Part shown: piece by piece, positions 47,556-60,810 of the stretch
Layout of the letters: the number at the start of each line of letters is the position of its first letter
How positions within the stretch are numbered: the first letter of the stretch is position 1
Assembly: GCF_036321535.1 (NCBI RefSeq)
Contig: NC_087436.1
Span: 63,180,001-63,244,000, forward strand
DNA: 64,000 nucleotides
Source of the DNA: Camelus dromedarius
Taxonomy: Eukaryota
Direction of reading: 5' to 3'
The notes under the pieces: generated by a model
What the model saw: the letters and a program-made list of their open reading frames with translations, nothing else
Told to the model about the DNA's origin: nothing
Databases searched by the model: none
Program-made: the position numbers and the translations under genes

Positions 47556-50500
47556 TTTTGAATATTATTTGCACTTTCATAAAAGCATTTCATGTAATAG
47601 CTAAAAGACTCTCTTTTGCTTTTATAGTATTATTAACTTTGCCACCATCATCAAAGGTATAACATAATCAGGCAAAACTATTTCAGTGGATTTTTAAAAG
47701 TATACACTGAACCAAAGGAAAAATGACTAGTGTTATAAAATAACTTCCTTACAATTATAAGAAATTTATGCTTTTCCTCTAAGAGGGTTGAAAATCTTTC
47801 ACGCATAGTTTATCACATCAAATGATCATGCCTTTGGACTGGATTTTCATCTTAAGTACACAGTTTTAAGTATACATACACACAAGAATACATACACAGG
47901 ACTGCATGCATTTCCTAATGTTTAAGATGTTTGTTTTACATTTCCTGTTTATATTATCATTGACTTAATATGCACATGTGCACATATCTATACACATTCT
48001 TACTTGTCATGTGTAGCATTTTTGTACAATACATTGGTAAAAAGTATATACTTCAGATTCCACATTCTTAATTAATTTAGCCAAAGATATACAAATTTAG
48101 CATCTACATGGTGGCATCAGAGTAGGAAGTGGTACAGTGTATCTCATAATGACTTTAGTCCCAAACCCCAGATACTCTAGCAAAGATTGTACAGTTCTCC
48201 ATAATACCATCATACAAGTCAGGGTCTTGCCTTGGTGGAGGAGTGTTAATTTTGCTGGGAGATACTGATTTCTACCTCTTTTCTCAGAACTTACGGTACT
48301 ATTCAAGGACTTACATAGCCAGTTTCTTCTACCTGCTCCTGTTAAAGAGAATATTCACAAACTTTGAACTCTTCATTTGTTGGCTTTACCTCAATTCAGC
48401 ATTGGCTGCCTTCCTATGAAAGATCAGAAAATCAGAGCACGTGCCCCATTTACTTTTAGTAGTTTGTGACTCTCCATCTTAATTTCTGACTTCACAGAAA
48501 GATCTCATCTATGCGGCATTCTAGAGTTATACATATGAAACTGAACAACACTGGAGAAAACACTGGTTAAAACAAACAACAGCACAAGCGGAGTGGTTTC
48601 TTTGCTGCCTGGTAGTTGTAAGCATCTCAAGCTCTTGATCCAATTAGCTTCTTAGTCCATATTCAGTGATGTGGACAGAAGTAGCTGGGCTGCTGTCACA
48701 TATATACCAGGTCATAATTTTCATTTATTTGATTTCAGTTCATTATTTTATGGGCTTTGTTGTTGTTGTTGTTGTTATTGCTATTGTTTTAGTTACGTTT
48801 TCTGAGCCCTAGTACATTGCTGTGGATTCTACACATTTGGCCAGAGGAAGCAATGTTGCCATGAAATCTGTTTCACAAAAGATAATTTTTATAAGTACCA
48901 CTGTGTGTATGCACCAGGGGAAATAATGGAGGTATATTCTATTTTTTTTATTGGTTACCTCTCTTTTTTTTTTGTCTTAAATGACACAAGTATTTTCAAA
49001 AAGTGAAATAAAGATCTTTTTAGTTAGGATGATATATTTCATTACATTTCTAAATTTTAGAAACCATTATTGTGATATAAGGGTAAGGGAAGAATTTTGT
49101 AGTCCTGACATAGCTACTCACAATCTATTTAATCACTCTGAGTTTTAGTTCCTCTTTTATGAAATAGAAAGTAGTAGCTATTATTAAGTACTCTGGTTTT
49201 TTAGTTCAAATTTCACATCTCAATTCAACACAAAACAGAATAAAGAATTTTAAAATAGACAAAATAAAGATATGTTCACTATATTCATTAATTGAGCCAA
49301 ATTTGGGAAGGGTAATGCACTTAAGAAAATTCAATTAAAGTTCAAATAGTTAGATGAATTTAAAAGGTAGATATAATTATGAATGGTGATTAGATAATAC
49401 AATATTTCAACAGTTGAATCATCTGGTAGTATTTTAAGAAAAGACAAGACTAGTACTGAGATGCAACCTAGATTATTTACATACTTCTCCATCTCAATAA
49501 TAAGGAGGCTTTGGTTAAAACACAGCATTCAGGAGAGAATCAATGGAATTTAAAACTTCCCTACGTTACAAATAATAGGAGTCTAAATAGCAAGACTTTA
49601 AGAAAATTTTAATAGATACATTCACCTTTATTCTGGTAACAGACATTACATCTTCAAGATGTTACACAAGTGGGAAGTTCAATTGATTTTCAAAGAGAGG
49701 CAACAAATAGTAATTTGGCTAAACATTGCACAGATGCTTGGAAGAACTTTCTGGCTGAGATGATGGAGAAATGTGAGACTTGGGTTCCAAATAAGATTGC
49801 AGATTCTCATTCCTTAAAGATAAAAATAAGATGTCTATCTTCTTGGGATTACTTTACTGCAGACCTAGGATTAAGGCAGGGAGATGAATGAAGTAGGCAT
49901 TAAACTTTCATTCCTGCCTGAAACTCAATGAATTTCTTGAAATCACCATTTTCACCTTGGAACAGATTCAGCAATGCAGCAAAATTACCAGGCAACCCAA
50001 TTTCTTAGTGCTATAGCAATGTCACAGATAATTAAATAGAAACTGGGGTTTTGTCCTGGTTTCAATAAATTGGCCAGCTGGACTACCAGTAACATCTCCC
50101 CATGCAATTATAGAGATCTAGCAGTGTGTTAATAAAAGCCTTGGGGAGGTCCCACACACTATTGGCCATTTTCTACATGAGATGTAACTCAGCAATTTCA
50201 AAATGTCTACCTAGTACTCCTGTACCAAAAAAAAGAAGAATATAAGAGAACATGGTATGTGTGTGCATGTATATGAGTATGTGTAAGTGGGCTAAAAAAT
50301 ATTGGAAATTAATGAGACATTGTGGAGAAATGACTAACTTCTCTCTCCCTGCCCCCATATACAGCTTTACTAATCCAACAACTCTCTAGCTGTTAATACT
50401 TAGTACTCAAAGGAAAAACATATTTGCAATTTAATTAAAGCACAGGCTGGTAGGTTATATTTAGAAATTCTATGGTAAAGGCAATTTTTGTCTCCCCACA

Positions 50501-52189
50501 CCATTTTTCTAAACCAAACTTTCCAATACCTGACATTTCTTACATTTGACTTGCTAATGCTGTTAACATTGAAATTAGTCTAATAGAAATAATAAGTGAA
50601 GAGTTTAAAAATAATAAGAATAAAAAGTGATGTTTAATTAAATTTACTTAGCTATATAAGCATAACATAAATAATATCATTCAACGTTTTTGAATAATTT
50701 GATTAGCTGAAGGTTGTCTACGGAGGAAAACAAGATGAGGGGATAAAATTGTGTATCTTCTACATTTTGCTCATGAGGCAGAGAAGATTATATTTTCGTT
50801 CATTTATTCAACAAGTGAAATTAACAATACTTATGATTTTTAATAGAATTGCTACAAAAAGTTAAAATATCATTACATTTTCCAAATTTATGGAAATATT
50901 AAATGAAATATTATGTTCTGATAGGGCTGTTTCTTGCTTAGCTTGTTAAAGAGGAAAGAGCTGTAATTATAAGATCCTCTCTCTAGGGAACCAATTCATG
51001 ACTATAAATTTCATTGCAATTTTCCCACTTATCAGAACAATTTGGAAATTATACATTTCTGGGCCTTTTATTTCAAATCCAGACATCACAACACTTACAT
51101 GTTTTAATAAATCTTAAACTGACATGCTACTAACTTTCAAACTAAAGTTTTGGAATATTTCCATTACCCAAATTTTCTTTTTGTTTGATTCTCCTTTTCT
51201 TATCTGTATATGTTGTAAATATTACCCGAAAAACGACTGAGTATAGACTCTAACAAAGAGCCTTACTACAAATCGCCCCTATGATATTTGTGGCACTTTG
51301 TCTATAATTAAAAAACAAACCTAAGAAATTTCTAAATCATAACACACTCTTACAACATAATGTAGAATCTTAAGAAAAGAGGCAATATTTTCGTGATATG
51401 TCATCCTAGACAATCAACAAATTCTTAATAATTGATCAATAAAGAGGCATGCATATACATTCATACAAGAAGACAGTAGGCATAAATATAGAGAAAGATC
51501 AATAAGAATTATTACTACAATGTTAATAATGGATATCTGTTGTAGTGGGATTATATTTCAATTCTACTTTCCTTTATACATTTTCAGTTTTTAAAATTTT
51601 CTATAGTAAGCATGTATTAGTTTTATAATCATAAACATAACCATTACTTTTAAAGACTTGTTTCATGGTTAAATAGGAGAAATTATATGCTTAAATAGTA
51701 AAGACAGTATGTCTGAAGAAGGAGGAAAAAATAGTTTTATGACAATTTAATCTCTGTGCATTAAACTGATAGCACTGAAAACAAAAAAATTTCATAACTC
51801 TAATATGCTTTATAAAAATAAACTTCTTACCACTAATCCTTTCCACTTTCTATGCCTTATGGATTTAGAACTGAATGTCATATGTAAATTTAGCCTTTAC
51901 TTTTTAAATTTAGCAGCATCCAGAGTAATTTTTCACTTGATAATAGTTCAAATAACTTCACTTAGACTCTTCAGTAACTTGCTTATTATTTTCACTTATT
52001 GTTACCTCTTTCCCTCTTGAGAGAGGTCTAAACAAATGCAATATGTGATTAGAACAACAGAAGCATATATAAAGGGTAGATGCAACCCAGAAGAAGGAGA
52101 AATTAAACTGTTTGCAAAGAACATGAAGTCATGCAAATTTCTTCAGCGTTGCTATCTGAGATTAGAAGAAAGTACAGTTCTCCAGGACC

Positions 52190-52985
52190 AGATGTCAGAA
52201 AAACTGGGCTATTTAGCGTCATCTTTGATTCCGTCTTCCCTTTCACTCCTCAGCCTCCTGCATCAACAAGCCATTAAGTTTCGTCTGCTTTCCAAATATG
52301 TTCATTTATTAACCATTGCTGGTGCTTCCTGCCAGTCATTCTTCTATCTTTGTCCTAAATAACAGCGATGGCTTCTGGCTGCTATCCTTGATATTAGCCT
52401 CTCTGCCCAATATCCCATCTCACTCCCATCTCAGAGTTTTTTGAATTTCTGAAACTAACATTTACTCATTCCAACACACTGCTTAAAAAGGTAACAGGAC
52501 ACTATTATTCATGAATAATCTCCAAAATACTAATATGACCCCTAAAGCCTATTCAAACATGATCTCAAATAAAATTCCAACTTCTCTTTAGTAACTAATT
52601 CTGCCCCACCAACACATTTCCATCTATAATATACCCTGCACCTCCCTCATTAATTTCTACCTCTCTGTATTTTCACTGCTTCTCTGCCTCTGCTCATGCT
52701 TAACCTCTGTCAATATGGCCCCATAGTGCCTTCACCTCTTCTGAGTTCCAGGTGAATTCTGTCTCACCTGTAAGGGTTTCTTTAACACCCCTACTCCTTT
52801 TCCATTCTAATAGAAGTAATAGTTCTTTAATCTGTATTCCACTGTCTTTTGTAAAAACTTTCATTATAAAATTTAGCACACCTTGTCTCAGTTTTTGCAA
52901 ATTGACATTTTCTTCACTATGATATGAACTCTTTCATGGTGAGAATTAAATATGTCTTTCTTTGCATCTAGTATATTAAAAAAGG
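52190..52985 (+). mobile_element. LINE-2 3' region
   Basis: gtcatctttgattccgtcttccctttcactcc...ttcactatgatatgaactctttcatgg. Confidence 0.7.
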
Positions 52986-55147
52986 AATGAAAGAATATTC
53001 TGATATCTAAAGCTCTCAAATAGTTCCTTTACTCTGTATCATATCTAAGATCAAAACTATTATATTCATTTTTTAATTTTGTAATACATTTCTGACAATG
53101 CATCCTTTTCTAGTAACTTCACATTGCAAATGCACACAATTTTTTAAATACTGATTTCTCCATGAAATATATCCTATTTATTACTCAATATAATCTAACC
53201 TCCCATTAGCTAGATTATTTTTGAATATCAGTAAATTCCCTTTTAAATAGGATAAAATTAGAATGGCATTTACATGGTGCTTTTTTAATTGGCAATTTTT
53301 AAAATAGTCAGAGGTGCAATTTCAAATACTTCTTCTGTACATAACTAATGTCTCACAGTTACTTCTTTCTCAAAGCTAGCATCTCCATCCCTCTCTAATA
53401 GTCAATAAAACAAAAGAAAAAAATACAAATCACTTGAGTTTTACTAGTGAGAAATAATGCTTCTGTGGGTTTTGGAAGTGCTTTGCAAGTGCCTGCTTTT
53501 ATCTGGAGAATAATTTTAAACAATAGAATAGTTAAAAGCTATCACTTAGAGATGCTTGGCTTTAGTGTTTAAAAAAATTAAACTTACACGTTTTCTGAAA
53601 ATGACTTTTTTATCAAACTTGAACTCATTTCCTTTTTTCAATATGTCAATAAGATAAAAGCTTTTTTTCCTCCCCTTTAAAAGCTACTATTTTTACTCTG
53701 GATAACTAAAATAAATATCAGAATCATAGAAATTCAAATTCTAGACTTTTCTAAGGAATAGTATCTGAGGTTTCTTTTTTTTTAAATTAAACATGAAAAT
53801 GATAATTATTAAAAGTTGGTTTAGAAATTGTTGATGTATATTTTCATGATCTTTATTTCCACAGTATCATGAAAGAACAAAAGTATGTTCAACTTGCTAT
53901 GAAGTTACTTGGATAAATTGGATAAGAGGATTTAAAAATAAATCTAAAGACACCGGGCAGTAGTGTTAACAAAAATCAGTCAGTATGTTGTAAGAAAACT
54001 GTGGATTCTATTTGTGCAGTCAGTGGACTGTTTTTACTCTTGGTAGCAAAGCACTATTCCTTCAGATTGGCAAAATAATTGATTTTTCTTTGTTATAAAA
54101 ATACTTTAAAATTAAAAATAGAAACATTGATATTTAAGTGATATGTTTCTCATTCCAGCATCTTTTGAAGTCAAACAAGGTAAAGGAAAAAAAAATGTTA
54201 TTCCCTATCTTTCCTATACCAGTTAATATCACCAAGAATGTTGTTCCTGTTGATTTTCTCTGGCTCAAAGTTTGTCAGGAGGAATTCCCAGTATCTGTAA
54301 ACCTGCCATCTTTTCCTCTATTATTTTGTGACTTTCCGGCTATTGAATAGATGGACTGGTATCCAATGTACACTTGACTCTCCACATTTGCTTACAGCTT
54401 GGCACCCACACTGACCTCCCCCCGCTCCCCAGGAGCCTGCAAATGAAGGGAAATGTATCTTCCTTAGCCACTCTGCCCCAATGGGATAAGTTGTTTCCAG
54501 TGCCAAGACAAGTGGTGAAAAAACTTTGTCCTCAATATGCTTATAGTATGTTAAACAAAGCAGTAATAGTACCAAAAACAACAATGATACTAAACAGCTG
54601 TTGAACACTTAGAGTAGAAAATGGACTGAGTTTTAGGCTCAAACAGCCCAACCTGTTCTCTCAGAAATTCCAGGGATACAAGGATTATCGTGCCTATTCT
54701 CGGTTACTTTCCACTTTTCCTTAGTGGCAGGCACTTGTCCTAGGGAATGAGGCTTGACACTTAAGAGTCATAGTATCAGCGGAAGGGAATAGCATGTTAA
54801 AATGCTAAAAGCCAGACAGTGAGGAGAGAGGATGGGTCTTCAAAAAATGGAAGGTTCCTGTGCTTTAGTAGGGCTGAAGCTTAGTATAAGAAAGGAAAAG
54901 GATGACAGAAGAAACTACAGTAAATAAGGAAGCAAATCATGAAAAATCTTGTAAGCCTTTTTCAGACCTGATGCTCAGGAACAGTTAAAGTCTTAAGTAC
55001 AAAACACAGGTTCATAGTAAGTTGTAGAGAGGCCATTGTAGTTGGAGTGTGAATAATGATGTGGATGGGAGCAAGACTGGTAAGGAGAGGTCAGTTATCA
55101 GGTTGCTAGGTTTATCTAGAAGACATTAGTGATGGCTTGGTCTAAGG

Positions 55148-55394
55148 CAGAGTTTCTCAACCTCAGCACTATTGATATTCTGGATTGGATAATTCTTTGC
55201 TGGCAGGGGCTGTCTTGTGCATAGTAGGATGTTTGGGAGCACCCATGGCTACTACTCACTAGATACCAGTATCATCCTTGCCCCTAGTTTTAACAAAAAT
55301 ATCTGCAGTCTTTGTTAAATGTCCCCTGGGGGCAAATACCTCCCTCCATCTCATTGTAGTGCCAACCCTAGTCTTCTCCCCCTTAGGAAAACTG
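55148..55394 (+). mobile_element. MER20 (hAT-Charlie) DNA transposon fossil
   Basis: cagagtttctcaacctcagcactattgatatt...ataattctttg...aaatgtcccctgggggcaaa...aaactg; degenerate 8 bp TSD gtctaagg/gtctgaga. Confidence 0.92.
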
Positions 55395-55523
55395 GTCTGA
55401 GATAATGGCAAAGGGGATGAATAAAAGTGGGGAACTGGGGTAACAGTTAAAAGACACTATCAGCAGTAAAGTGATGATCTATTGGTTATAAAGTTTGAGG
55501 TAAAGAAATAGGATATTTGAACT

Positions 55524-55685
55524 GGGAGGAGGGATATAGCTCAGTGGTAGAGTGCATGCTTAGCATGCATGACAACCTGGGTTCCATCCCCAGTACCTCT
55601 ATTAAAAAAACAGTAATAACGAAAACAAGGTTAAAAACTACAATAAAAAATAAAATTTACAAAGTGATGATTTAAAACAAAAAAA
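55524..55685 (+). mobile_element. tRNA-derived SINE, Vic-1-like (camelid), with extended A-rich tail
   Basis: gggaggagggatatagctcagtggtagagtgcatgcttagcatgcatgacaacctgggttccatccccagtacctct has A and B boxes, followed by an A-rich tail; possible degenerate TSD gatatttgaact/gatacttgact. Confidence 0.85.
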
Positions 55686-57829
55686 GATACTTGACTAAAC
55701 CAAGAATGTATGTTTTACTTTCTACTGGGAATGATACAGGTTTTTAAATAGGGAGGTGACGATATCAGATTTACATATTTGAAAAATAAATAGTATATAT
55801 ACACATATATGCAGATACATACACATGACTTAGGATATTATTATAGTAGTTCAGTGTGAAATAAAGAGCATCTCAACTAAAGACAAGACAGTTGAAACAG
55901 AAGGAAATCTAATGGTAAAGTTTTTGATGACCTTCTGGGGGAATGAGGTAGGCTTACATCAAGGGTCACTCCAATCTTTCTAGTTCAGACAACTGGATGT
56001 ATTATGTCAACATTGACTATTACAGAAAATACAAAAGAAGTAGCAGATTTGAAGAATTAGAGGTCAGAAACCATATTAATCTTAGCTACCCATCACTAAC
56101 AATGTTCTGAAACATAATTTGTTTCTTTTTTGGAGAGTATATGTGGTTTCAGGCACATAATATGGAAAATCAAGGACAAAAATATACTTTAATATTTTTA
56201 TAGAGAAAATGTGCTCCATTTTGGATGTTAAGGTACAATGCATTTATTTGCACTGTTAGATTAAATGAAGATAAGCAACAACAAAAAGATGCATGGAAAG
56301 CTGGAGAGGAAAGAATTTGCAGAGTCAGAGCAGAGTGAAAGCATATGATTATTCTTGAGAGGGTATTAGGAGAGCCCATCCTCTTGGACTCACACAGGAT
56401 GTTTCTGCTATAATAAAATACTGTTCTATCAAGTCCTTATTAGGCACTTGAGGTTCACTTTTCTTCTTCTAATGGTAAATGCAGGATATTGTTTGTCAGA
56501 AACCTACAATTTTTGCATGCCAAGTCACTATTTCCCCTGTAAGCATAAAAAAAGGAAACTAAAGCTTTAAAAAAAACTATTATTATTATTATTATTAAGC
56601 TGGCAAGAACCAAAATAGCATCTTTTATGGAGCATAAGAAAATTTGAAGCCTTTTACATTTTACTTAAAAGAAAATCATTTTGGCAAAGATTATTTCACC
56701 TTTAAAGGATGCTTTCTTATTCATTCTGAAATCCTCAAACAAGGATTCAAATAAAATAAGGAATACCTGAAAATATAGGTTTCACTATTTAAACTGCTGG
56801 AAATGAAATTTTAGCTTAAATTTTAGCAGGATTAGAGAATCTAATCTTGTGTTATTTCATTCTATTTTCACACTTCTAAGGAAATGTCTTTGGAATAGAT
56901 TTTTCATTTATTTATGTTCAAGATATAAATCAATGTTCAATATAAACTAGTCAGAAAAGGATCATCCAGTATTAATTATAGTTACCATTTGGTGTGCAAG
57001 CTTTCGTATCTACACTGATTATGTAAATATTTTCAAAACTGTGATCAACATGTTTTGATAACTTCATTAATTTCCTGTAAAGGCACTGAAATCATATACA
57101 TATGAATCTGTAAATTTTTTTCTGTTTAAAGGATATGCCAGAACTTACTTAACCCATCTGATTAAGAGTGAAATGTAGAAGTTGTATCCAATATTTGGAT
57201 ACTATAGACAATGTCAATATGACTGTATTGATATATAAATTGTGAATCATTTGTTCAAATCTTTATTACATACTTCTGGAAGGAAATTCCTAGGTTAAAA
57301 GGCATTATTACTTTAGAAATTCCTTTTAAGATGGGAAGTGTGTTGATTTGTTCTTGGATTAGCCATGCATGATTTTGCCCATTTTCCTACATCTTTTACA
57401 ACACAAGCCTGTTTCAATTGTTTAAATTGTGGAAACAATATAGATACAGTCCTGAATCTATTAGGAAAAGTCTGTGCATTATGTCCCACAGACAAAACAA
57501 AACGAAACAAAACACTTTGCATTAAAGGATAAACCATAAATACTTGATCCCCTTGTTTAGTTCTAGGCTCCAAAGTCAAAATAGTCCCTGGTATTTTCTA
57601 TAATTTGCTGGTTCCCTAATGAGAAAAACTCTGTCCTTTATTTTTGACATCTTTCATCTGAAAATAAGAGCTTACCTTTGCGGATATAATGAAGACAATG
57701 TGAGAAAATGGTTGTTTTTTCACCACAAACATAGCAAAACGTAAATTCAGTAAGTTTGATCATCCTGCTGTACATTAAAAAAACTCGATAACTGGTTTTT
57801 TTGTTTGTTTTATTTTTTGTTTTTTAATT

Positions 57830-58370
57830 TGATGACCAGTGCTTTTGACGCCTGGAATTTTTTTCCAGTTCTTTGAAAGCAAATTTCTCTTATAAATGTT
57901 TTAGTCTCTGTATCTTTCTTTCACAGACGTTTGCCCATCTCACAGGCTAAAAATGATTTTTCAATTTTAAAGCAGGTTGCATATTTAATTACTGGGAATT
58001 TCAACATTTTGTTACAGGTTAATACTCCATTTGTATTTTTTCTTTTGCAAAAGTCTTATTCATGTCTCTGTTCCTATTTCTATTGAGTATTTTTTTTCAT
58101 TAATTACTTTGGTGCCTTATATGCTTATTATGTTGCTATTCATCACATATGACACTAATTTTTTTGTAATTTACTAATATTTTTTATTGCCAAGTCATAT
58201 AGAATCATTTTTTGCAAATCTATCATTACATTTCCTTGCACTACATCTTGTACTTTTGGAAGCCATTTTAACCCTGAAATTAAAAAGTATTCATCTATAT
58301 TCTAATACATCTATTATTTTATTTTTAACACTTAAATTATTAGCTCATTTGGCTTTTAGCCTAAGGAGAA
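57830..58370 (-). mobile_element. Decayed old L1 ORF2 3' fragments
   Basis: gtcttattcatgtctctgttcctatttctattgagt and similar antisense L1 motifs. Confidence 0.5.
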
Positions 58371-58399
58371 CTAGATTCAAATAGCAACTTGATCCATTA

Positions 58400-58555
58400 T
58401 TAGTCCAAAGTTTAAACATGTTCAGTGATCTTTGAGTCTCACTTTCTCACTTTAAAAGAAGGTTGATGGTATCTAGCTCATTAGGGCCTTGTAAGAATTA
58501 AATTAGATAATACATATAAGTGGTTTAACAGACTTCCTGCTGACAGTAAATAATA
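58400..58555 (+). mobile_element. MIR fragment
   Basis: ctttgagtctcactttctcactttaaaag...gtaagaattaaattagataatacatataag. Confidence 0.7.
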
Positions 58556-59874
58556 AAAACAGATGAGGAGGAAAACTTACGGATTCATACTTACTAAGAA
58601 TGTATGTGAGTATAGATCATATATGTACAGACCAAACCATCTATAATTTACCAAAGATTCATTTAGATGTAGAAATTTGATTATTTGGAGAGTAAAGAGA
58701 TAACTACTGTCAAAACATATATGAATATAGACTTGAAATTAATTTCGTTAGAATGTTTTCTGTTCCATTTGGAACAGAATGGCAAATTAAGCACTGCTCA
58801 TGAATTCTGGACATACAGAGAAACTTTCTGCACATGGAAGCTACTTTGGACTTTGGAGTTTTAAGACTTTGCCTACTCTTTTAAATGGAATGATATAATA
58901 AATAATGAAAGGTTACCAGTGATGGCTGATCAGCAAGCAAAGATAAACACAAAAATGATGCAAGACAGAGTGTTCCTGTTCAATAGCCTTCAAGTAGTTT
59001 CAGATTTAGATTACTTCTAGGCATCCAGGCATCTGAGCTATCACCAAGAATATCTAAATTGCTTTCTCACAGGTTCTACAAAGCACTCTCTTTACTTTAT
59101 CTACTCATTTTAGATGGCACCTCATTGAATTTCTCCTAGCCAATTTACTTTCTGCAAAGCTCACATTTCTCTTACAATAGAGAAATTTCTTTAGCTCTCC
59201 TCTTTTAACTCTAGCTTAATAGCATGGGGGCTTTCGTTAAGTTTCACTGTCAGCAGAACAGCACAAATTTAACATTTATGTGATCCATTTTTACTAAATA
59301 GCAGAAGGAGAAAGTGTCATGCCAAGGGCAATGTGGGTATTAATTTTCTCTATGGTTTGTACAATTTCTTGAAGCCTTCCCCAAAGAAAATGAGTATGTT
59401 GATCAAACCTAAAAATTAGCTTTAATGTACATAAAACCATAGCATGAGTTACATGTATGCTATAGAAAAATAGAACGTTTCAGTGAAAATAAGCCATAAG
59501 AATTTAGAATTCAACTCATCTGGCACACAAGATATCAAAAGTATGAGAGTAAATGAGACAAAAATTCAAACCTTCTAAGAAAACTATCTTAAGGAGAAAA
59601 ATATTAAGTTTATGTTTCTTAAATTGTTATTATATAATACATTTCGTATGTGTCTGTATTTAGGGTATTTTAATAGAAAAATAGAAATAAAATAAATTCA
59701 CCAGTAATACCACCACTCAAAGATAAAAACTAAAAGTAACATTCAGTGAATCTTATTCCATTACTTAAGACTTCTCTACACACACACACACACACACACA
59801 ATGTCACCCCACACATGGTTTTGTTGTCTCCTTTTTTATTTAACATTAAATCATCAAGATGTTTTCTTGTCATT

Positions 59875-60330
59875 TCTTCATTCAACAAATATTTACTAAG
59901 CAAACATCAGTATGCCATTTATGCTGTAAACAAAAAATTACTTGCTGTTACCTTGTGAAATTTATATTCTTATTGAGAAGACAGGCCATGAACAATGACT
60001 AATTGGACAAATAACTAACTACAGCATATTTGTATGTACATATATGGACATAATTATAAATAATGAAGAAAATTATGAAAAGACTAATGAAGAACTGAAT
60101 GGGATAGCTGCTAAAATCGGATGGTCAAAGATTGCATTCTACAGATGACATTTTTGCTGGGTTTTGAAAGATAAGGGACTAGCAACCTTTATGTGGTTGC
60201 TATACAGAAGCAATCTAAACAGAAAAAGGAAAAAATTATGAAAGTCCTAAATGGCAAAACTTTTATTTTGAAGAAACAATAAAAAGATGCCTATTTCAGA
60301 GTCTGGTGAGAAAAGAGAAGACAGAAGAGG
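59875..60330 (-). mobile_element. LINE-2 3' fragment
   Basis: ttcattcaacaaatatttactaagca marks the antisense L2 terminus. Confidence 0.72.
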
Positions 60331-60349
60331 ATGCATTAAGACAGAAACC

Positions 60350-60810
60350 TAATCTTTTTTTCAATAAGATTGAGGCACTTGAATTTGGGCTAACTTTTGA
60401 CTCCTTCTGGCCAACAGAATACAACAGAAGTGATACAATGCCTCTTCCAGGCCTAGCCTTTAAGAATCCAAGATACCATTTTCAGTTATGAATCCAGCTG
60501 TCATATATGAAGTTGATTTAACTTAAGGGCATCATGTTGTGAAGAGGCCCAAGCTAACTACATAGACATGCCATATGGAAGAACTCTGACACAACAAACA
60601 TGAGAGTAAAGGTATCTGGGATGTGCCATCCCAGCTTGGCCACCAACTGAACGCAGCTGATTGAGGAGCCCCAGTTAATAACATAGGCGGCAAAACCAGC
60701 CAGCCAATCCCTGCTCAAGTTCTTGACAAACCAGATTATGAAAAATAGTAAGATCATTATTTCATACAATGTAATTTGGGGATGGTTAGTTACTCAGCAA
60801 TAATTCAAAG
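60350..60810 (+). mobile_element. MaLR LTR (MLT1F/G/H-like)
   Basis: tggccaacagaatacaacagaagtgat...ttccaggcctagcctttaag; ends in tttggggatggttagttactcagcaata. Confidence 0.8.

Larger units (their letters stand above)
54780..56060 (-). mobile_element. LINE-2 fragments hosting MER20 and a SINE
   Basis: ggaatagcatgttaaaatg, aaatcatgaaaaatcttgtaagcc, gatatcagatttacatatttgaaaa and aactggatgtattatg are antisense L2 motifs. Confidence 0.65.

Noticed and set aside
49640..49891. Plus-strand open frame with protein-like composition
   Set aside because: No recognisable family and no strong splice sites; unsupported without BLASTX.
55524..55600. Possible tRNA gene
   Set aside because: Degenerate stems, an A-rich tail and a probable TSD indicate a SINE rather than a functional tRNA.
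58758..58779. 10 bp-arm hairpin ttctgttcca-tt-tggaacagaa
   Set aside because: Too short for a pre-miRNA and isolated; chance or a tiny template-switch event.
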